Source: Candidatus Eiseniibacteriota bacterium
Lineage (GTDB): Bacteria > Eisenbacteria > RBG-16-71-46 > CAIMUX01 > VGJL01
DNA length: 64,000 bases
Assembly: GCA_041946735.1 (NCBI GenBank)
Contig: JBHGAY010000012.1
Span: forward strand, 1-64,000
Reading direction: 5' to 3'
The translations under genes and the position numbers were made by a program. Positions 54,141-64,000 of this stretch are shown here, in pieces; the stretch's first letter is position 1, and each line of letters begins with the position of its first letter. Under the pieces are notes generated by a model, which had not been told where the DNA came from, did not search any database, and saw only the letters and a program-made list of their open reading frames with translations.

Positions 54141-55400
54141 GTGGACCATCGTTTCGCCGGCTCGCGCCGGTCCGGGCAGCAGCCGGATCCGAATCCTCGC
54201 ACCGAAGCGGATCCGGACCCGATCGTGCTGCTCGCTGCCCGCCGGACGCCGGTCGGCCGGTTCCTCGGCAGCCTCGCGTCCCAGGACGCTCCCTCCCTCG
54301 GAGCCGTCGCCGTTCGAGCGGTCCTCGCCGACACGCCGACCCCGGCTCCTCCTGACCTCCTGGTGTTCGGCTGCGCCCGTCCCGCCGGTGTCGGCCCCAA
54401 TCCGGCCCGTCAGGTGGCTCACCGCGCCGGCCTTCCGAACGAGACGATCGCGTGGACCGTCAACATGGCGTGCGCCTCGGGCCTCGAAGCGATCGCGTCC
54501 GCCGCACGCGCCCTTCGCACCGGCGAGGCGACGTGGGCGGTCGCGGGCGGCATGGAGTCGATGAGCCGCGTGCCGTACCTGCTCGATCGGGCGCGATCCG
54601 GCTACCGCCTCGGGCACGCCCCGCTCGTCGACGGCATGTACCGCGACGGCTTCCTGTGCCCGATCTCCGAGATGGTGATGGGGGAGACGGCGGAGCTTCT
54701 CGCCCGCCGCTACTCGATCCCCCGCGAGGAGCAGGACGCCTTCGCGCTCGAAAGCCAGCGCCGCCACGCGCGCGCCCGGGCGGAGGGCGCATTTGCGGTG
54801 GAGATCGCGCCGGTGGAGGATCCATCCGGGAAGGCCGGGCGCGTCGCGAACGACGAGCATCCTCGCCCCGAGACGACGGCCGAGGACCTCGCCCGCCTGC
54901 GGCCCGTATTCGAGCGCGACGGAACGGTCACGGCGGGCAACGCCTCGGGGATCTCCGATGGCGCGGCGGCGGTCCTCCTGGCCCGCGCGTCGAGCGCGCG
55001 CGAGGCCGGTCTCGCGCCGCGCGCGCGCATCCTCGGCTGGCAGGCGTCGGGCGTCGATCCCGCGCAGATGGGGATCGGCCCCGTTCCGGCGGTCCGCGCG
55101 CTGCTCTCGCGCCTCGGCCTCTCGCTGGCCGACTTCGACCGGATCGAGCTGAACGAGGCGTTCGCGGCGCAAGCGCTCGCCGTCGACCGGGAGTTGCGTT
55201 TCGACAGGGGGAGGCTGAACGTCGCCGGCGGAGCGATCGCGTTGGGGCATCCCATCGGCTGCTCGGGAGCCCGCATCGTCGTGACGCTGCTCCACGCGCT
55301 GGAGCGCTGCGACGGTCGCCTCGGTCTCGCAACGCTCTGCGCGAGCGGCGGCTTCGGCCTCGCGCTCGCGATCGAGAGGATTCCGAACGGGGAAAGCTGA
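54141..55400 (+). CDS. Thiolase (acetyl-CoA C-acyltransferase)
   Basis: NMACASG, NEAFA, GHPIGCSG, LCASGG. Confidence 0.93.
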   Translation: MDHRFAGSRRSGQQPDPNPRTEADPDPIVLLAARRTPVGRFLGSLASQDAPSLGAVAVRAVLADTPTPAPPDLLVFGCARPAGVGPNPARQVAHRAGLPNETIAWTVNMACASGLEAIASAARALRTGEATWAVAGGMESMSRVPYLLDRARSGYRLGHAPLVDGMYRDGFLCPISEMVMGETAELLARRYSIPREEQDAFALESQRRHARARAEGAFAVEIAPVEDPSGKAGRVANDEHPRPETTAEDLARLRPVFERDGTVTAGNASGISDGAAAVLLARASSAREAGLAPRARILGWQASGVDPAQMGIGPVPAVRALLSRLGLSLADFDRIELNEAFAAQALAVDRELRFDRGRLNVAGGAIALGHPIGCSGARIVVTLLHALERCDGRLGLATLCASGGFGLALAIERIPNGES

Positions 55401-55473
55401 AGACGGCCATGACGCGCCGCCGCAGGCGCAAAAGCAGAGGAGCAGGAGCAGGCGCAGGAGGGGGATGAGGACG

Positions 55474-56256
55474 ATGGAGTATCGAAACGTTCTGTTCGAG
55501 GAGAACGAGGGGATCGCGCGCATCACGGTGAACCGCCCCGACGTGCGCAACGCCGTCGACCGCGCGACGATCGAGGAGCTGCTCGACGCGGTCGAGCGGG
55601 CCGAGGAGAGGGAGAGCGTCCGCGCGCTCATCCTGACCGGCTCGGGCGAGAAGGCGTTCATCGCCGGCGCCGACATCTCGGAGCTGGCCGCCGCCGGGCC
55701 GATCGCGGCCCGACAGATCGCCCGCCGCGGGCAGCACCTCACCCATCGCATCACCTGGCTGAAGAAGCCCGTTCTCGCGGCGATCCACGGCTACGCGCTT
55801 GGCGGGGGCTGCGAGATCGCGCTCGCCTGCCACATCCGGGTCGGCAGCACGACGGCGAAGCTCGGCCAGCCGGAGGTGAATCTCGGCGTGATTCCCGGCT
55901 TCGGCGGGACGCAGCGGCTGCCGCGCCTGATCGGTCCCGGCCGCGCGCTCGAGATGCTCCTGACCGGGGAGATGATCGACGCGGCCGAAGCGCACCGGAT
56001 CGGCCTCCTGAACCGCGTCGTCGAGCCGGACCAGCTGCTGCCGACGTGCGAAGCGATCGCGCGCTCGATCGCCTCCCGCGGTCCTCTCGCCGTCGGCCTC
56101 ACCCTTCAGGCGGTCTGGCGCGGTCTCGACGCGACCCTGACAGAGGGCCTCCTGCTCGAGGCCGACTCCTTCGGGATCGCCGCCAGCTCTCACGATTGGC
56201 GTGAAGGGACGGCGGCCTTCCTCGAGAAGCGCAAGCCGGATTTCCAGGGACGATGA
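55474..56256 (+). CDS. crt: Enoyl-CoA hydratase (crotonase)
   Basis: FIAGADISE, GYALGGGCE, PEVNLGVIPGFGGTQRL, EG..AFLEKRKP; alternative ATG at 55465. Confidence 0.93.
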   Translation: MEYRNVLFEENEGIARITVNRPDVRNAVDRATIEELLDAVERAEERESVRALILTGSGEKAFIAGADISELAAAGPIAARQIARRGQHLTHRITWLKKPVLAAIHGYALGGGCEIALACHIRVGSTTAKLGQPEVNLGVIPGFGGTQRLPRLIGPGRALEMLLTGEMIDAAEAHRIGLLNRVVEPDQLLPTCEAIARSIASRGPLAVGLTLQAVWRGLDATLTEGLLLEADSFGIAASSHDWREGTAAFLEKRKPDFQGR

Positions 56257-56296
56257 AAGGTCCCCGGCCGGAGCCGGGGGAAGGAGACGGAAGACG

Positions 56297-57553
56297 ATGA
56301 TCGACGGGATCGTGATTCTCGCCGGGGCCCGCACCCCGTTCTGCGAGTACCAGTCGGGCAAGCGAGGGGACGGCCAGCCGGGCGGGCGTTTCGCGGACAT
56401 GAGCGCCATCGACCTCGCGGCGGTCGCTTCGAAAGAAGCGATGGCGCGGGCCGGGGTCGATCCCGGCGCGATCGATCACGCGGTCTTCGGCAACGCGATG
56501 CAGACGAGCGGCGACGCCCTCTACGGCGCTCGCCACGTCGCGCTGAAGGCAGGGCTTCCGGTGCGCGTCCCCGCCCTCACCGTCAATCGCATCTGCGGCA
56601 GCGGCCTGCAATCGATCGTGACGGCGGCGCAGATGGTCCGGCTCGGCGAGGCTTCGGCCGTCCTGGCGGGAGGAATGGAGAACCTGAGCCAGGCGCCGCA
56701 CGTCCTGCGGGGACTGCGGGGCGGCCTCAAGCTCGGGCAGGGGAAGCTCGAGGACTCCCTGATGGTCGCGCTGCTCGACACCTACTGCGGGCTCTACATG
56801 GCGCAGACGGCCGAGAAACTGTCCGCGCGCTTCAACACCGGCCGCGACGCGCAGGACGCCTTCGCCGTCGAGAGCCAGCGGCGAGCCGCCGCCGCGCGCG
56901 AGGCCGGTCTGCTCGCCGAGGAGATCGTGCCCGTTCCGCTGCCGGCGCGCCGCGGCGCGGCCCCCGTCCTCGTCGAGGAGGACGACCACCTGAAGCCCGG
57001 CACGACGCTCGAAGCGCTCGCCGCCCTTCCTCCCGCCTTCTCGAAGGAGGGGACGGTGACCGCCGGCAATGCGAGCGGCATCGTCGACGGGGCGGCGGCC
57101 GTGGTCGTCGCTTCCGAGTCGTTCGCGCTCGCGCGATCGGCGGCCGGCGCGAGCCGGCCGGTCCTGGCGACAATCCGCGGATGGTCGACGGTCGGCGTGG
57201 AGCCGTCCGAGATGGGGATCGGGCCGGCTCCCGCGATCCGCAGCCTCCTCGAGAAGGCCTCCCTCCCGCTCGACGCGATCGACCTCTTCGAGATCAACGA
57301 GGCGTTCGCCGCGCAGATCCTCCCGGTCCTCGCCGATCTCGATCTCGACCGCGACCGCGTCAACGTCCACGGCGGCGCGATCGCGATCGGCCATCCGCTC
57401 GGCGCGACCGGGACGCGGCTCGCCCTGACGCTCGCGCTCGAGCTGCGCAGGCGGCGAGCCCGCTACGGCGTCGCGAGCGCCTGCATCGGTGGGGGACAGG
57501 GGATCGCGCTGCTTCTCGAGAACCCGGAAGCAGCCCGGACGGGCCGGTCGTGA
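56297..57553 (+). CDS. Thiolase (3-ketoacyl-CoA thiolase)
   Basis: NRICGSG, NEAFA, GHPLGATG, CIGGGQG. Confidence 0.94.
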   Translation: MIDGIVILAGARTPFCEYQSGKRGDGQPGGRFADMSAIDLAAVASKEAMARAGVDPGAIDHAVFGNAMQTSGDALYGARHVALKAGLPVRVPALTVNRICGSGLQSIVTAAQMVRLGEASAVLAGGMENLSQAPHVLRGLRGGLKLGQGKLEDSLMVALLDTYCGLYMAQTAEKLSARFNTGRDAQDAFAVESQRRAAAAREAGLLAEEIVPVPLPARRGAAPVLVEEDDHLKPGTTLEALAALPPAFSKEGTVTAGNASGIVDGAAAVVVASESFALARSAAGASRPVLATIRGWSTVGVEPSEMGIGPAPAIRSLLEKASLPLDAIDLFEINEAFAAQILPVLADLDLDRDRVNVHGGAIAIGHPLGATGTRLALTLALELRRRRARYGVASACIGGGQGIALLLENPEAARTGRS

Positions 57554-58617
57554 GGCGCCACCGGATCGGCTATCTCCCCGGGGATGGAATCGGCCCGGAG
57601 GTGCTCGCCCAGGCCCGGCGCGTGCTCGACGAGGCGGCGCGGCTCGGCGCCTTCCAGCTCGACTGGGAGGACCTGCCGTACGGCTCCGAGCACTACCTCG
57701 CGACCGGCGAGACTCTCCCCGCCGAAGCGCTCGAGCGCATGCGGGGGATGGACGCGATCCTCTTCGGGGCGATCGGCGATCCGAGAATCGAGCGAGGGAT
57801 GCTGGAGCGCGCGATCGTCAGCGGCATTCGCTTCGGCCTTGACCTCTACGTCAACCTCCGCCCGGTCCGCCTCTACGCGGAGGCTCTCTGTCCGCTGAAG
57901 GACAAGGGGCGCGAGCAGGTCGACCTCGTCGTCGTCCGAGAGAACACCGAGGATCTCTACGCGGGGATCGGCGGCTTCTTCCGCAAAGGAACGCCGGAGG
58001 AGGTCGCCGTGCAGGAGATGATCCTCACGCGGCGCGGCGCCGACCGGATCCTGCGCTTCGCTTTCGAGCAGGCGCGCCGGCGGCCCCGCAAGCGCCTCGT
58101 GCTCGTCGACAAGGCGAACGCCATCGCCGCGTTCGACCTCTGGCGCCGGGCGTACGAGGAAATCGGCGCAGAATATCCCGATGTCCGGCGCGAGACGCTC
58201 TACGTCGACGCCGCCGCGATGCGCCTGGTGCGCGAACCGGAATGGTTCGACACGGTCGTGACATCCAACGTGTTTGGTGACATCCTCACCGACTTGGGCG
58301 CCGCGCTCTCGGGCGGCATGGGGCTTGCGGCATCCGCGAACCTTCATCCGGGCCGAGTCTCGATGTTCGAGCCGATCCACGGATCGGCGCCCGACATCGC
58401 CGGAAAAGGAGTGGCCAATCCGCTGGCGGCGATCCTCGCCGGGGCGATGCTGCTCGAGCACGTCGGCGAGGCGAGGGCGGCCGCGACCGTCGAGGCCGCC
58501 GCCGCTTCCTGCTTGAGCGACGGGACGATCCGGACGGGGGGAGCCAATTCCGGCTTCTCGACCGGCGGGATCGGCGATCTCGTCCTCGGGCGCTTGGCCG
58601 CCTGCTCGGGCGCTTGA
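57550..58617 (+). CDS. Isocitrate/isopropylmalate/tartrate dehydrogenase family protein
   Basis: PGDGIGPEV, NLRP, RENTEDLY, VDKAN, NVFGDILTD, FEPIHGSAPDIAGKG.ANP. Confidence 0.92.
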   Translation: MRRHRIGYLPGDGIGPEVLAQARRVLDEAARLGAFQLDWEDLPYGSEHYLATGETLPAEALERMRGMDAILFGAIGDPRIERGMLERAIVSGIRFGLDLYVNLRPVRLYAEALCPLKDKGREQVDLVVVRENTEDLYAGIGGFFRKGTPEEVAVQEMILTRRGADRILRFAFEQARRRPRKRLVLVDKANAIAAFDLWRRAYEEIGAEYPDVRRETLYVDAAAMRLVREPEWFDTVVTSNVFGDILTDLGAALSGGMGLAASANLHPGRVSMFEPIHGSAPDIAGKGVANPLAAILAGAMLLEHVGEARAAATVEAAAASCLSDGTIRTGGANSGFSTGGIGDLVLGRLAACSGA

Positions 58618-58785
58618 TAGATAGATAGAGGACGGAGAGGCGCCCAACGGCATAGGCCAGCCGCCGAGGAGCAGGGCGGCCGGCCGCCCGGCGCTGTTCG
58701 GGAGCCGACGGCCGAGCGGCGCTCGGCCTGGAGACCGGCACTGTATATTGTGGGGACCAAGGGTCTCGTCCCGTAGGGACGGGGC

Positions 58786-58868
58786 GCGAGAGTGGCGGAA
58801 TTGGCAGACGCGTCGGACTTAGGATCCGATGAGGTTTCCTCGTGGGGGTTCGAGTCCCCCCTCTCGCA
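58786..58868 (+). tRNA. tRNA-Leu (anticodon TAG), CCA not encoded
   Basis: Acceptor GCGAGAG/CTCTCGC, anticodon arm TCGGA-CTTAGGA-TCCGA, long variable arm, GGGGG-TTCGAGT-CCCCC. Confidence 0.96.
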
Positions 58869-59024
58869 GGGCACCTGGAGGGAAGATCCGACGCTCCGAG
58901 CTCGCAGGGGCTGGGGCGGCCGGAGCGCCTTCCCGGCCGGCATCGGTGAGGGGAACGAACGCTCCGGCAAGGGACGGGTTTCCGGGGAGCAAGGGGCCGC
59001 GCTCGCGGCCGGACAGGAGGAGCT

Positions 59025-60329
59025 TTGCAGGTCGAGGTTCGGGAACTGGGGCCGGGAAAGCGGCAGCTCGCCGTCACGATCCCGGCGGAGGACGTGGAGA
59101 GGGCGCTCGAGGAGGAGGTCCAGGAGTACCGCCGGCGCGCGGCGCTGCCCGGTTTCCGCAAGGGGAAGGTCCCGACCGAGCTGATCCGGGTCCGCTATCA
59201 GGGGGACATCGAGTCGGACTTGCTGAACCGGATGATCCCGGACGCCTACGAGGCGGCGATCGTGGAGCAGAAGCTCCGGCCGGCGGGCCAACCGCACATC
59301 CACGACATTCGCTTCCAGATGGGCGAACCCCTCCGATTCGTCGCCGACGTCGAGGTCTGGCCCGAGTTCGAGGCCCGCGGCTACCACGGGTTGGAGCTCG
59401 AGCAGGAGATCCTCGACGTGGACGAGGGGATGGTGGATGAGGCGGTCGAGATGCTTCGGCAGAACCGGGCCGAGCTGTCCCTCGTCGAACGTCCCTCGAC
59501 GCCCGGCGACGTCGTCGAAGCGACGCTCGAGGCGGTGGACGTCCACGGGAAGCGCCTCCCCGGCCAGAAGAAGGAAAAGGTCCGGATGGAGGCGGGAGGC
59601 CCGCGCCTGCTACCCGAGTTCCGCGACGCCTCTCTGGGCATCCGGGCAGGCGAGGCCCGGATGGTCGAGGTCCGCTATCCCGAGGACTACGGCGATGCCG
59701 ATCTCGCCGGCAAAACGCGGCGCTACCGGCTCGTTGCGGTGGAAATCAAGGAAAAGAAGCTCCCGGAGCTGGACGATAGCTTTGCCAGAGGGATCGATTC
59801 GGGTCTCGACCTCGAAGGTCTGAGGGCGAAGCTGCGGTTGCGTCTGGAGGCGGACGAGATGATCCGGAGCAAGGAGCGGCTCGAGGAGACGGTCGTCGAC
59901 CGGCTCCTGGCCGCCAATCCGGTCGACGTTCCCGAGGGGGTGGTCGCGCGAGGACTCGCGCGTGTGCTCGAGAGGGCGCGGTCCGAGGCCGGATCGTCCG
60001 ACGAGCAGGATCTGCGGGAGCACTTCCGTCCCTTGATCGAGAGGATGCACCGGAAGGACATGATCCTCGAGGCGATCGCTCGCCAGGAGTCCCAGGAGCT
60101 GACCGAGGGGGAGATGGAGGCGGCGCTCGAGCAGCAGGCGGACGAAGCGGGCGTCGACGTCGAGGTGGTCCGCAAGAAGCTCGACTCCGAAGGGGAGCTG
60201 GACCGCCTCCGGGAGACGCTCCAGGAACGCAAGGTGCTCGATTTCGTGCTCAGCCAGGCGCAGATTCAGAGGATTCGCAAGCCTCGGCTCCGTCCCGAGG
60301 CGCAGCCGAGCCGCATCATCGTACCTTGA
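59025..60329 (+). CDS. tig: Trigger factor
   Basis: [13 protein letters not shown]-like YPEDY...LAGK; precedes clpP; TTG start. Confidence 0.94.
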   Translation: MQVEVRELGPGKRQLAVTIPAEDVERALEEEVQEYRRRAALPGFRKGKVPTELIRVRYQGDIESDLLNRMIPDAYEAAIVEQKLRPAGQPHIHDIRFQMGEPLRFVADVEVWPEFEARGYHGLELEQEILDVDEGMVDEAVEMLRQNRAELSLVERPSTPGDVVEATLEAVDVHGKRLPGQKKEKVRMEAGGPRLLPEFRDASLGIRAGEARMVEVRYPEDYGDADLAGKTRRYRLVAVEIKEKKLPELDDSFARGIDSGLDLEGLRAKLRLRLEADEMIRSKERLEETVVDRLLAANPVDVPEGVVARGLARVLERARSEAGSSDEQDLREHFRPLIERMHRKDMILEAIARQESQELTEGEMEAALEQQADEAGVDVEVVRKKLDSEGELDRLRETLQERKVLDFVLSQAQIQRIRKPRLRPEAQPSRIIVP

Positions 60330-60384
60330 GGCCGGGCCGCCGCGTTCCCGCAGGACGCGGGAGCGAAACCAGAAGGGGATTCGC

Positions 60385-60969
60385 ATGTCTCTCGTACCGA
60401 TCGTTGTCGAGCAGTCCAGCCGCGGCGAGCGCGCCTACGACATCTTCTCCAGGCTCCTCCGGGACCGGATCATCTTCGTGGGCACCGTCATCGACGACAT
60501 CGTCGCCAACCTCGTCATCGCGCAGCTTCTGTTTCTCGAAGCCGAGGATCCGGATCGCGACATCCACCTCTACATCCATTCCCCCGGGGGGATCGTCTCC
60601 GCCGGGCTCGCGATCTACGACACGATGCAGTTCATCCGTCCCGACGTCGCCACGATCTGCATGGGGCAGGCTTCCAGCATGGCGGCCCTTCTCCTGGCGG
60701 CGGGAGCGAAGGGAAAGCGATCGGCGCTGCCGCATTCCCGGATCATGATCCATCAGCCGATGGGCGGGAGCCGGGGGCAGGCGGTCGAGATGCAGATCTA
60801 TACAAAGGAGATCCTGAAGCTCCGCGAGAAGCTCAACGAGATTCTCGTGGCCCACACCGGCCAGCCGATGGAGAAGATTCGCCGGGACACCGACCGAAAC
60901 TTCTTCATGTCGGCCGAGGAGGCGAAGGAGTACGGGATCGTCGACACGGTCATCGTCAAGAAGAAGTAG
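60385..60969 (+). CDS. clpP: ATP-dependent Clp protease proteolytic subunit
   Basis: [38 protein letters not shown]. Confidence 0.98.
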   Translation: MSLVPIVVEQSSRGERAYDIFSRLLRDRIIFVGTVIDDIVANLVIAQLLFLEAEDPDRDIHLYIHSPGGIVSAGLAIYDTMQFIRPDVATICMGQASSMAALLLAAGAKGKRSALPHSRIMIHQPMGGSRGQAVEMQIYTKEILKLREKLNEILVAHTGQPMEKIRRDTDRNFFMSAEEAKEYGIVDTVIVKKK

Positions 60970-61039
60970 AATCGGATCGAAGCGCCAGGCGGGCCGGCGT
61001 CCGCCGGCCGGAGTCCTGCAGTCTCCACGGGGGTCTTCG

Positions 61040-62296
61040 ATGAAAAAGCGGATCAGCTCTCCCCACCCGATCCGGTGCTCGTTCTGCGGCAGGGGGCAGG
61101 AAGAGGTCGCTCGCCTCGTCAGCGGCCCTTCGGTCTACATCTGCAGCGAATGCGTCCGGCTCTGCAACGACATCCTCGAGGGGGAGATCGAACACAACGT
61201 TCCGGTCACGCGGGAGAGCCTTCCCAAGCCCTCGGAGATCAAGCGCGTCCTCGACGAGTACGTCATCGGCCAGGACCGGGCGAAGAAGGTCCTCTCGGTC
61301 TCCGTCTACAACCACTACAAGCGGATCAACCAGCCCGCCTCCCTCGACGACGTCGAGCTCGAGAAGGGCAACATCCTGCTGATCGGCCCGACCGGCAGCG
61401 GCAAAACGCTCCTGGCCCGTACCCTCTCCCGTTTCCTGAAGGTGCCGTTCGCCATGATCGACGCGACCTGCCTGACCGAGGCGGGCTACGTCGGCGAGGA
61501 CGTGGAGAACATCCTCGTCCGGCTCCTGCAGGCGGCCGATTTCAACCTGGTCGCCGCCGAGCATGGAATCGTCTATGTCGATGAGATCGACAAGATCTCC
61601 AGGAAGAGCGAGAACCCCTCGATCACCCGGGACGTGTCGGGGGAGGGGGTGCAGCAGGCGCTGCTGAAGATCCTCGAGGGGACGGTCGCGAACGTCCCTC
61701 CCCAGGGGGGCCGGAAGCACCCCCAGCAGAAGTACATCGAGGTCAACTCGAAGGACATCCTCTTCATCTGCGGCGGCGCGTTCGAAGGGATCGACAAGAT
61801 CGTCGCGCAGCGGATCGGGGTGAAGCAGATCGGCTTCGGGGCCGAGCACAAGTCCCGCAACGATCAGTCCCTCGGGGAGTTGTACGCCCAGGTCGAGCCG
61901 GAGGACCTCTTGAAGTACGGCCTGATCCCGGAGCTGATCGGCCGGCTCCCGATCGTGGCGACGCTGAACGATCTCCCGGAGGAGGCGCTGCTCGAGATCC
62001 TGACGAAGCCGAAGAACGCGATCGTCAAGCAGTACCAGAAGTTCTTCGAGATGGAGGGGGTCCGCCTGGAGTTCACCGATGAGGCGCTTCGCGCCGTCGT
62101 CCGGATCGCGCAGAAGCGCCAGACCGGCGCTCGCGGCCTCCGGGCGGTGATCGAGGACGCGATGCTCAACATCATGTACGACCTTCCCTCCAAGCGGGAC
62201 GTCGACCTCTGCCTCGTCACCGAGGAGGTGATCACGCAGGGGATGCCGCCGGAGATCACGCTGCGGGAGAAGCCTCCGAGGAAGAAGGAGGCGTAG
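61040..62296 (+). CDS. clpX: ATP-dependent Clp protease ATP-binding subunit
   Basis: CSFCG...[38 protein letters not shown] loop, TGARGLR. Confidence 0.98.
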   Translation: MKKRISSPHPIRCSFCGRGQEEVARLVSGPSVYICSECVRLCNDILEGEIEHNVPVTRESLPKPSEIKRVLDEYVIGQDRAKKVLSVSVYNHYKRINQPASLDDVELEKGNILLIGPTGSGKTLLARTLSRFLKVPFAMIDATCLTEAGYVGEDVENILVRLLQAADFNLVAAEHGIVYVDEIDKISRKSENPSITRDVSGEGVQQALLKILEGTVANVPPQGGRKHPQQKYIEVNSKDILFICGGAFEGIDKIVAQRIGVKQIGFGAEHKSRNDQSLGELYAQVEPEDLLKYGLIPELIGRLPIVATLNDLPEEALLEILTKPKNAIVKQYQKFFEMEGVRLEFTDEALRAVVRIAQKRQTGARGLRAVIEDAMLNIMYDLPSKRDVDLCLVTEEVITQGMPPEITLREKPPRKKEA

Positions 62297-62537
62297 CGCG
62301 CGGCCGGCATCGCGTGCGCACGCGCCGCCGGCCGCATCGACCGGCTCGTGCGACCCGCTTCTCTCGAGGCCCCGGGATCCTGCCCGGGGCTTCGCATTCC
62401 CTTCGGATCCGGTCCGGCGCGTTCGATCCGGTCCGCTCCGGCCGCCGCTTCCGCGGCCTGTGGAGCGGGGCGGGCGAGAGGGAGCCGCCCATCTAATCCG
62501 CGCGGCGCTCTCCCGTGATTCCTCAGATCGATCCGGC

Positions 62538-62566
62538 TTGCCCCGCGCAACGAGATCGTCCATGAT
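62538..62566 (+). promoter_or_regulatory. Putative promoter for purA
   Basis: TTGCCC-N17-CATGAT. Confidence 0.45.
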
Positions 62567-62605
62567 CCGTGCCGTTGCCTTTTTGCCGAGGGATGGGGGG
62601 ATGGC

Positions 62606-63925
62606 ATGCCGCTGTCGGTTCTGATCGGGGCTCAATGGGGAGATGAGGGGAAGGGGAAGATCGTCGACCTTCTGGCGCGGCGCGTCGACTGGGTCGCGCG
62701 CTTCTCGGGCGGACCCAATGCCGGGCATACCGTTCGCATCGACGGGGAGACGTTCGTCCTCCATCTGCTCCCCTCGGGGATCCTCCGTCCCGGGGTGTGC
62801 TGCCTGATCGGCCATGGCGTCGTGCTGGACCTGGACCACCTGGAGAGGGAAATCCAGAGCCTCGAGGAGCGGGGGGTCCGGATCGACGACCGGCTGAAGA
62901 TCTCCTCCGCCGCCCATCTCCTGCTCCCGTACCACCGCTGGCTCGAGGAGCTGCAGCACCAGGACGTGCGGGTCGGCACGACGAAGCGCGGGATCGGGCC
63001 CGCGTACCAGGACAAGATGGGCCGGGTGGGCCTCCGCGTCCATGACCTGCTCGACGAGCGCCATCTGAAGGACCGGCTGGAGGAGGAGCTCTCGCGCGTC
63101 GAGGCGATGCATCGGGGCTGGGGGCGGCCGATGCCGGAGATCCCGCGCCAGGCGAGCCTCGAATGGGCGCGGCGCTATGCGGGAATCGCGAGGCGCCTGG
63201 GTCCCGCGATCGTCGATACCGTCGCGCTGCTTCACGGCGAGCTCGACGCGGGCAAGAGCGTTCTTTGCGAGGGAAGCCAGGGCACCTTCCTCGACATCGA
63301 CCTCGGCACATACCCCTTCGTGACGTCCGCTTCGACTACGATTGGGGGCGCGATCGCGGGACTCGGGCTTCCACCGTCCCGGATCTCGCGCGTGATCGGC
63401 GTCGCGAAGGCGTACACGACGAGGGTTGGCAACGGACCTTTCCCGACCGAGTTCGGAGAGCGGATCGCCGGCAGCTTCCGCAAGAAGGCCGGGGAGTTCG
63501 GAGCGACGACCGGCCGGCCCCGCCGCTGCGGATGGTTCGACGCGGTCCTCGTTCGGCATGCCGTCCGTGTCAACGGCATCGGAGAGATTTGCCTCACGAA
63601 GCTCGACGTCCTGACCGGCATGCGCACCTTGAAGCTGGCGGTCGGCTACCGCGTCGGGCGGCGGACGCTCGAGCATCCCCCGGTCGATCCGGCGGAGTGG
63701 GCGGCCTGCAAGCCGGTCTACGAGGATCTGCCGGGATGGACGAAGGAGATCGGCGGCGCGCGGGCGCCGGAAGATCTGCCGGCCGAGGCACGCCGCTACG
63801 TGGAGAAGATCGAGGCGTTGTGCGGGGCTCCGGTCCGGCTCGTCTCCGTCGGCTCGGCCAGGGAGGCGGCCGTCCGCATGCCGGCTCGCAGGCGACCGGC
63901 CGCTCGCCGCGGGCGGAGGTCCTAG
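62606..63925 (+). CDS. purA: Adenylosuccinate synthetase
   Basis: GAQWGDEGKGK, GGPNAGHT, GTT.RGIGPAY, GTYPFVTS, EFGATTGRPRRCGW. Confidence 0.98.
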   Translation: MPLSVLIGAQWGDEGKGKIVDLLARRVDWVARFSGGPNAGHTVRIDGETFVLHLLPSGILRPGVCCLIGHGVVLDLDHLEREIQSLEERGVRIDDRLKISSAAHLLLPYHRWLEELQHQDVRVGTTKRGIGPAYQDKMGRVGLRVHDLLDERHLKDRLEEELSRVEAMHRGWGRPMPEIPRQASLEWARRYAGIARRLGPAIVDTVALLHGELDAGKSVLCEGSQGTFLDIDLGTYPFVTSASTTIGGAIAGLGLPPSRISRVIGVAKAYTTRVGNGPFPTEFGERIAGSFRKKAGEFGATTGRPRRCGWFDAVLVRHAVRVNGIGEICLTKLDVLTGMRTLKLAVGYRVGRRTLEHPPVDPAEWAACKPVYEDLPGWTKEIGGARAPEDLPAEARRYVEKIEALCGAPVRLVSVGSAREAAVRMPARRRPAARRGRRS

Positions 63926-63937
63926 GCCTCCGCGCGC

Positions 63938-63966
63938 TTGCGGGTTTCCCGGCATCCCGGTAAGCT
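63938..63966 (+). promoter_or_regulatory. Putative sigma70 promoter for the terminal tRNA
   Basis: TTGCGG-N17-TAAGCT just upstream of the tRNA 5' end. Confidence 0.55.
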
Positions 63967-63972
63967 CCCGGC

Positions 63973-64000
63973 GAGCCGCTAGCTCAGCCGGTAGAGCACC
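63973..64000 (+). tRNA. 5' part of a tRNA (anticodon beyond the window; possibly Lys)
   Basis: GAGCCGC-TA-GCTC-AGCCGGTA-GAGC: acceptor strand plus D-arm. Confidence 0.8.

Noticed and set aside
58786..59024. tRNA-Leu as an integration site
   Set aside because: No integrase or duplicated tRNA 3' end was seen; tRNA-Leu-tig-clpP-clpX is a common core arrangement.

Overview
A very GC-rich bacterial chromosomal segment made mostly of core genes. The gene order suggests a diderm bacterium, possibly an FCB-adjacent candidate phylum such as Ca. Eisenbacteria (inference only). Left part: 3' end of an rRNA operon (23S, 5S, terminator), an EF-G2-like factor, and yebC-ruvC-ruvA. An antisense block of about 9 kb (prkA-yeaH-spoVR, a heterodimeric ABC exporter, a TRL-like lipoprotein) separates ruvA from ruvB. 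Next come ruvB-DUF2905-queA-tgt-yajC-fmt-rsmB-PASTA-rpe and ffh-rpsP-khpA-rimM-trmD-rplS-rnhB-yraN. Middle: an orphan sigma70 promoter driving a candidate structured RNA of about 125 nt, then a Lol-like ATPase/permease/LolA-like/beta-barrel operon. A 25 kb acyl-CoA/propionyl-CoA supercluster follows (MeaB, split methylmalonyl-CoA mutase, CoA transferase, ACADs including a two-domain fusion, three thiolases, three-subunit carboxylase, epimerase), interrupted by an SDR/cupredoxin/glucosidase islet. Right end: tRNA-Leu-tig-clpP-clpX-purA and the start of another tRNA. No CRISPR array, transposase or prophage was seen. The best leads are the candidate ncRNA, the PrkA/YeaH/SpoVR genes coupled to an exporter, the pseudo-ACAD/ACAD fusion, the Lol-like module, a dual-coding scoA/scoB overlap and small relay ORFs. 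All calls come from visual motif recognition; no searches were run.
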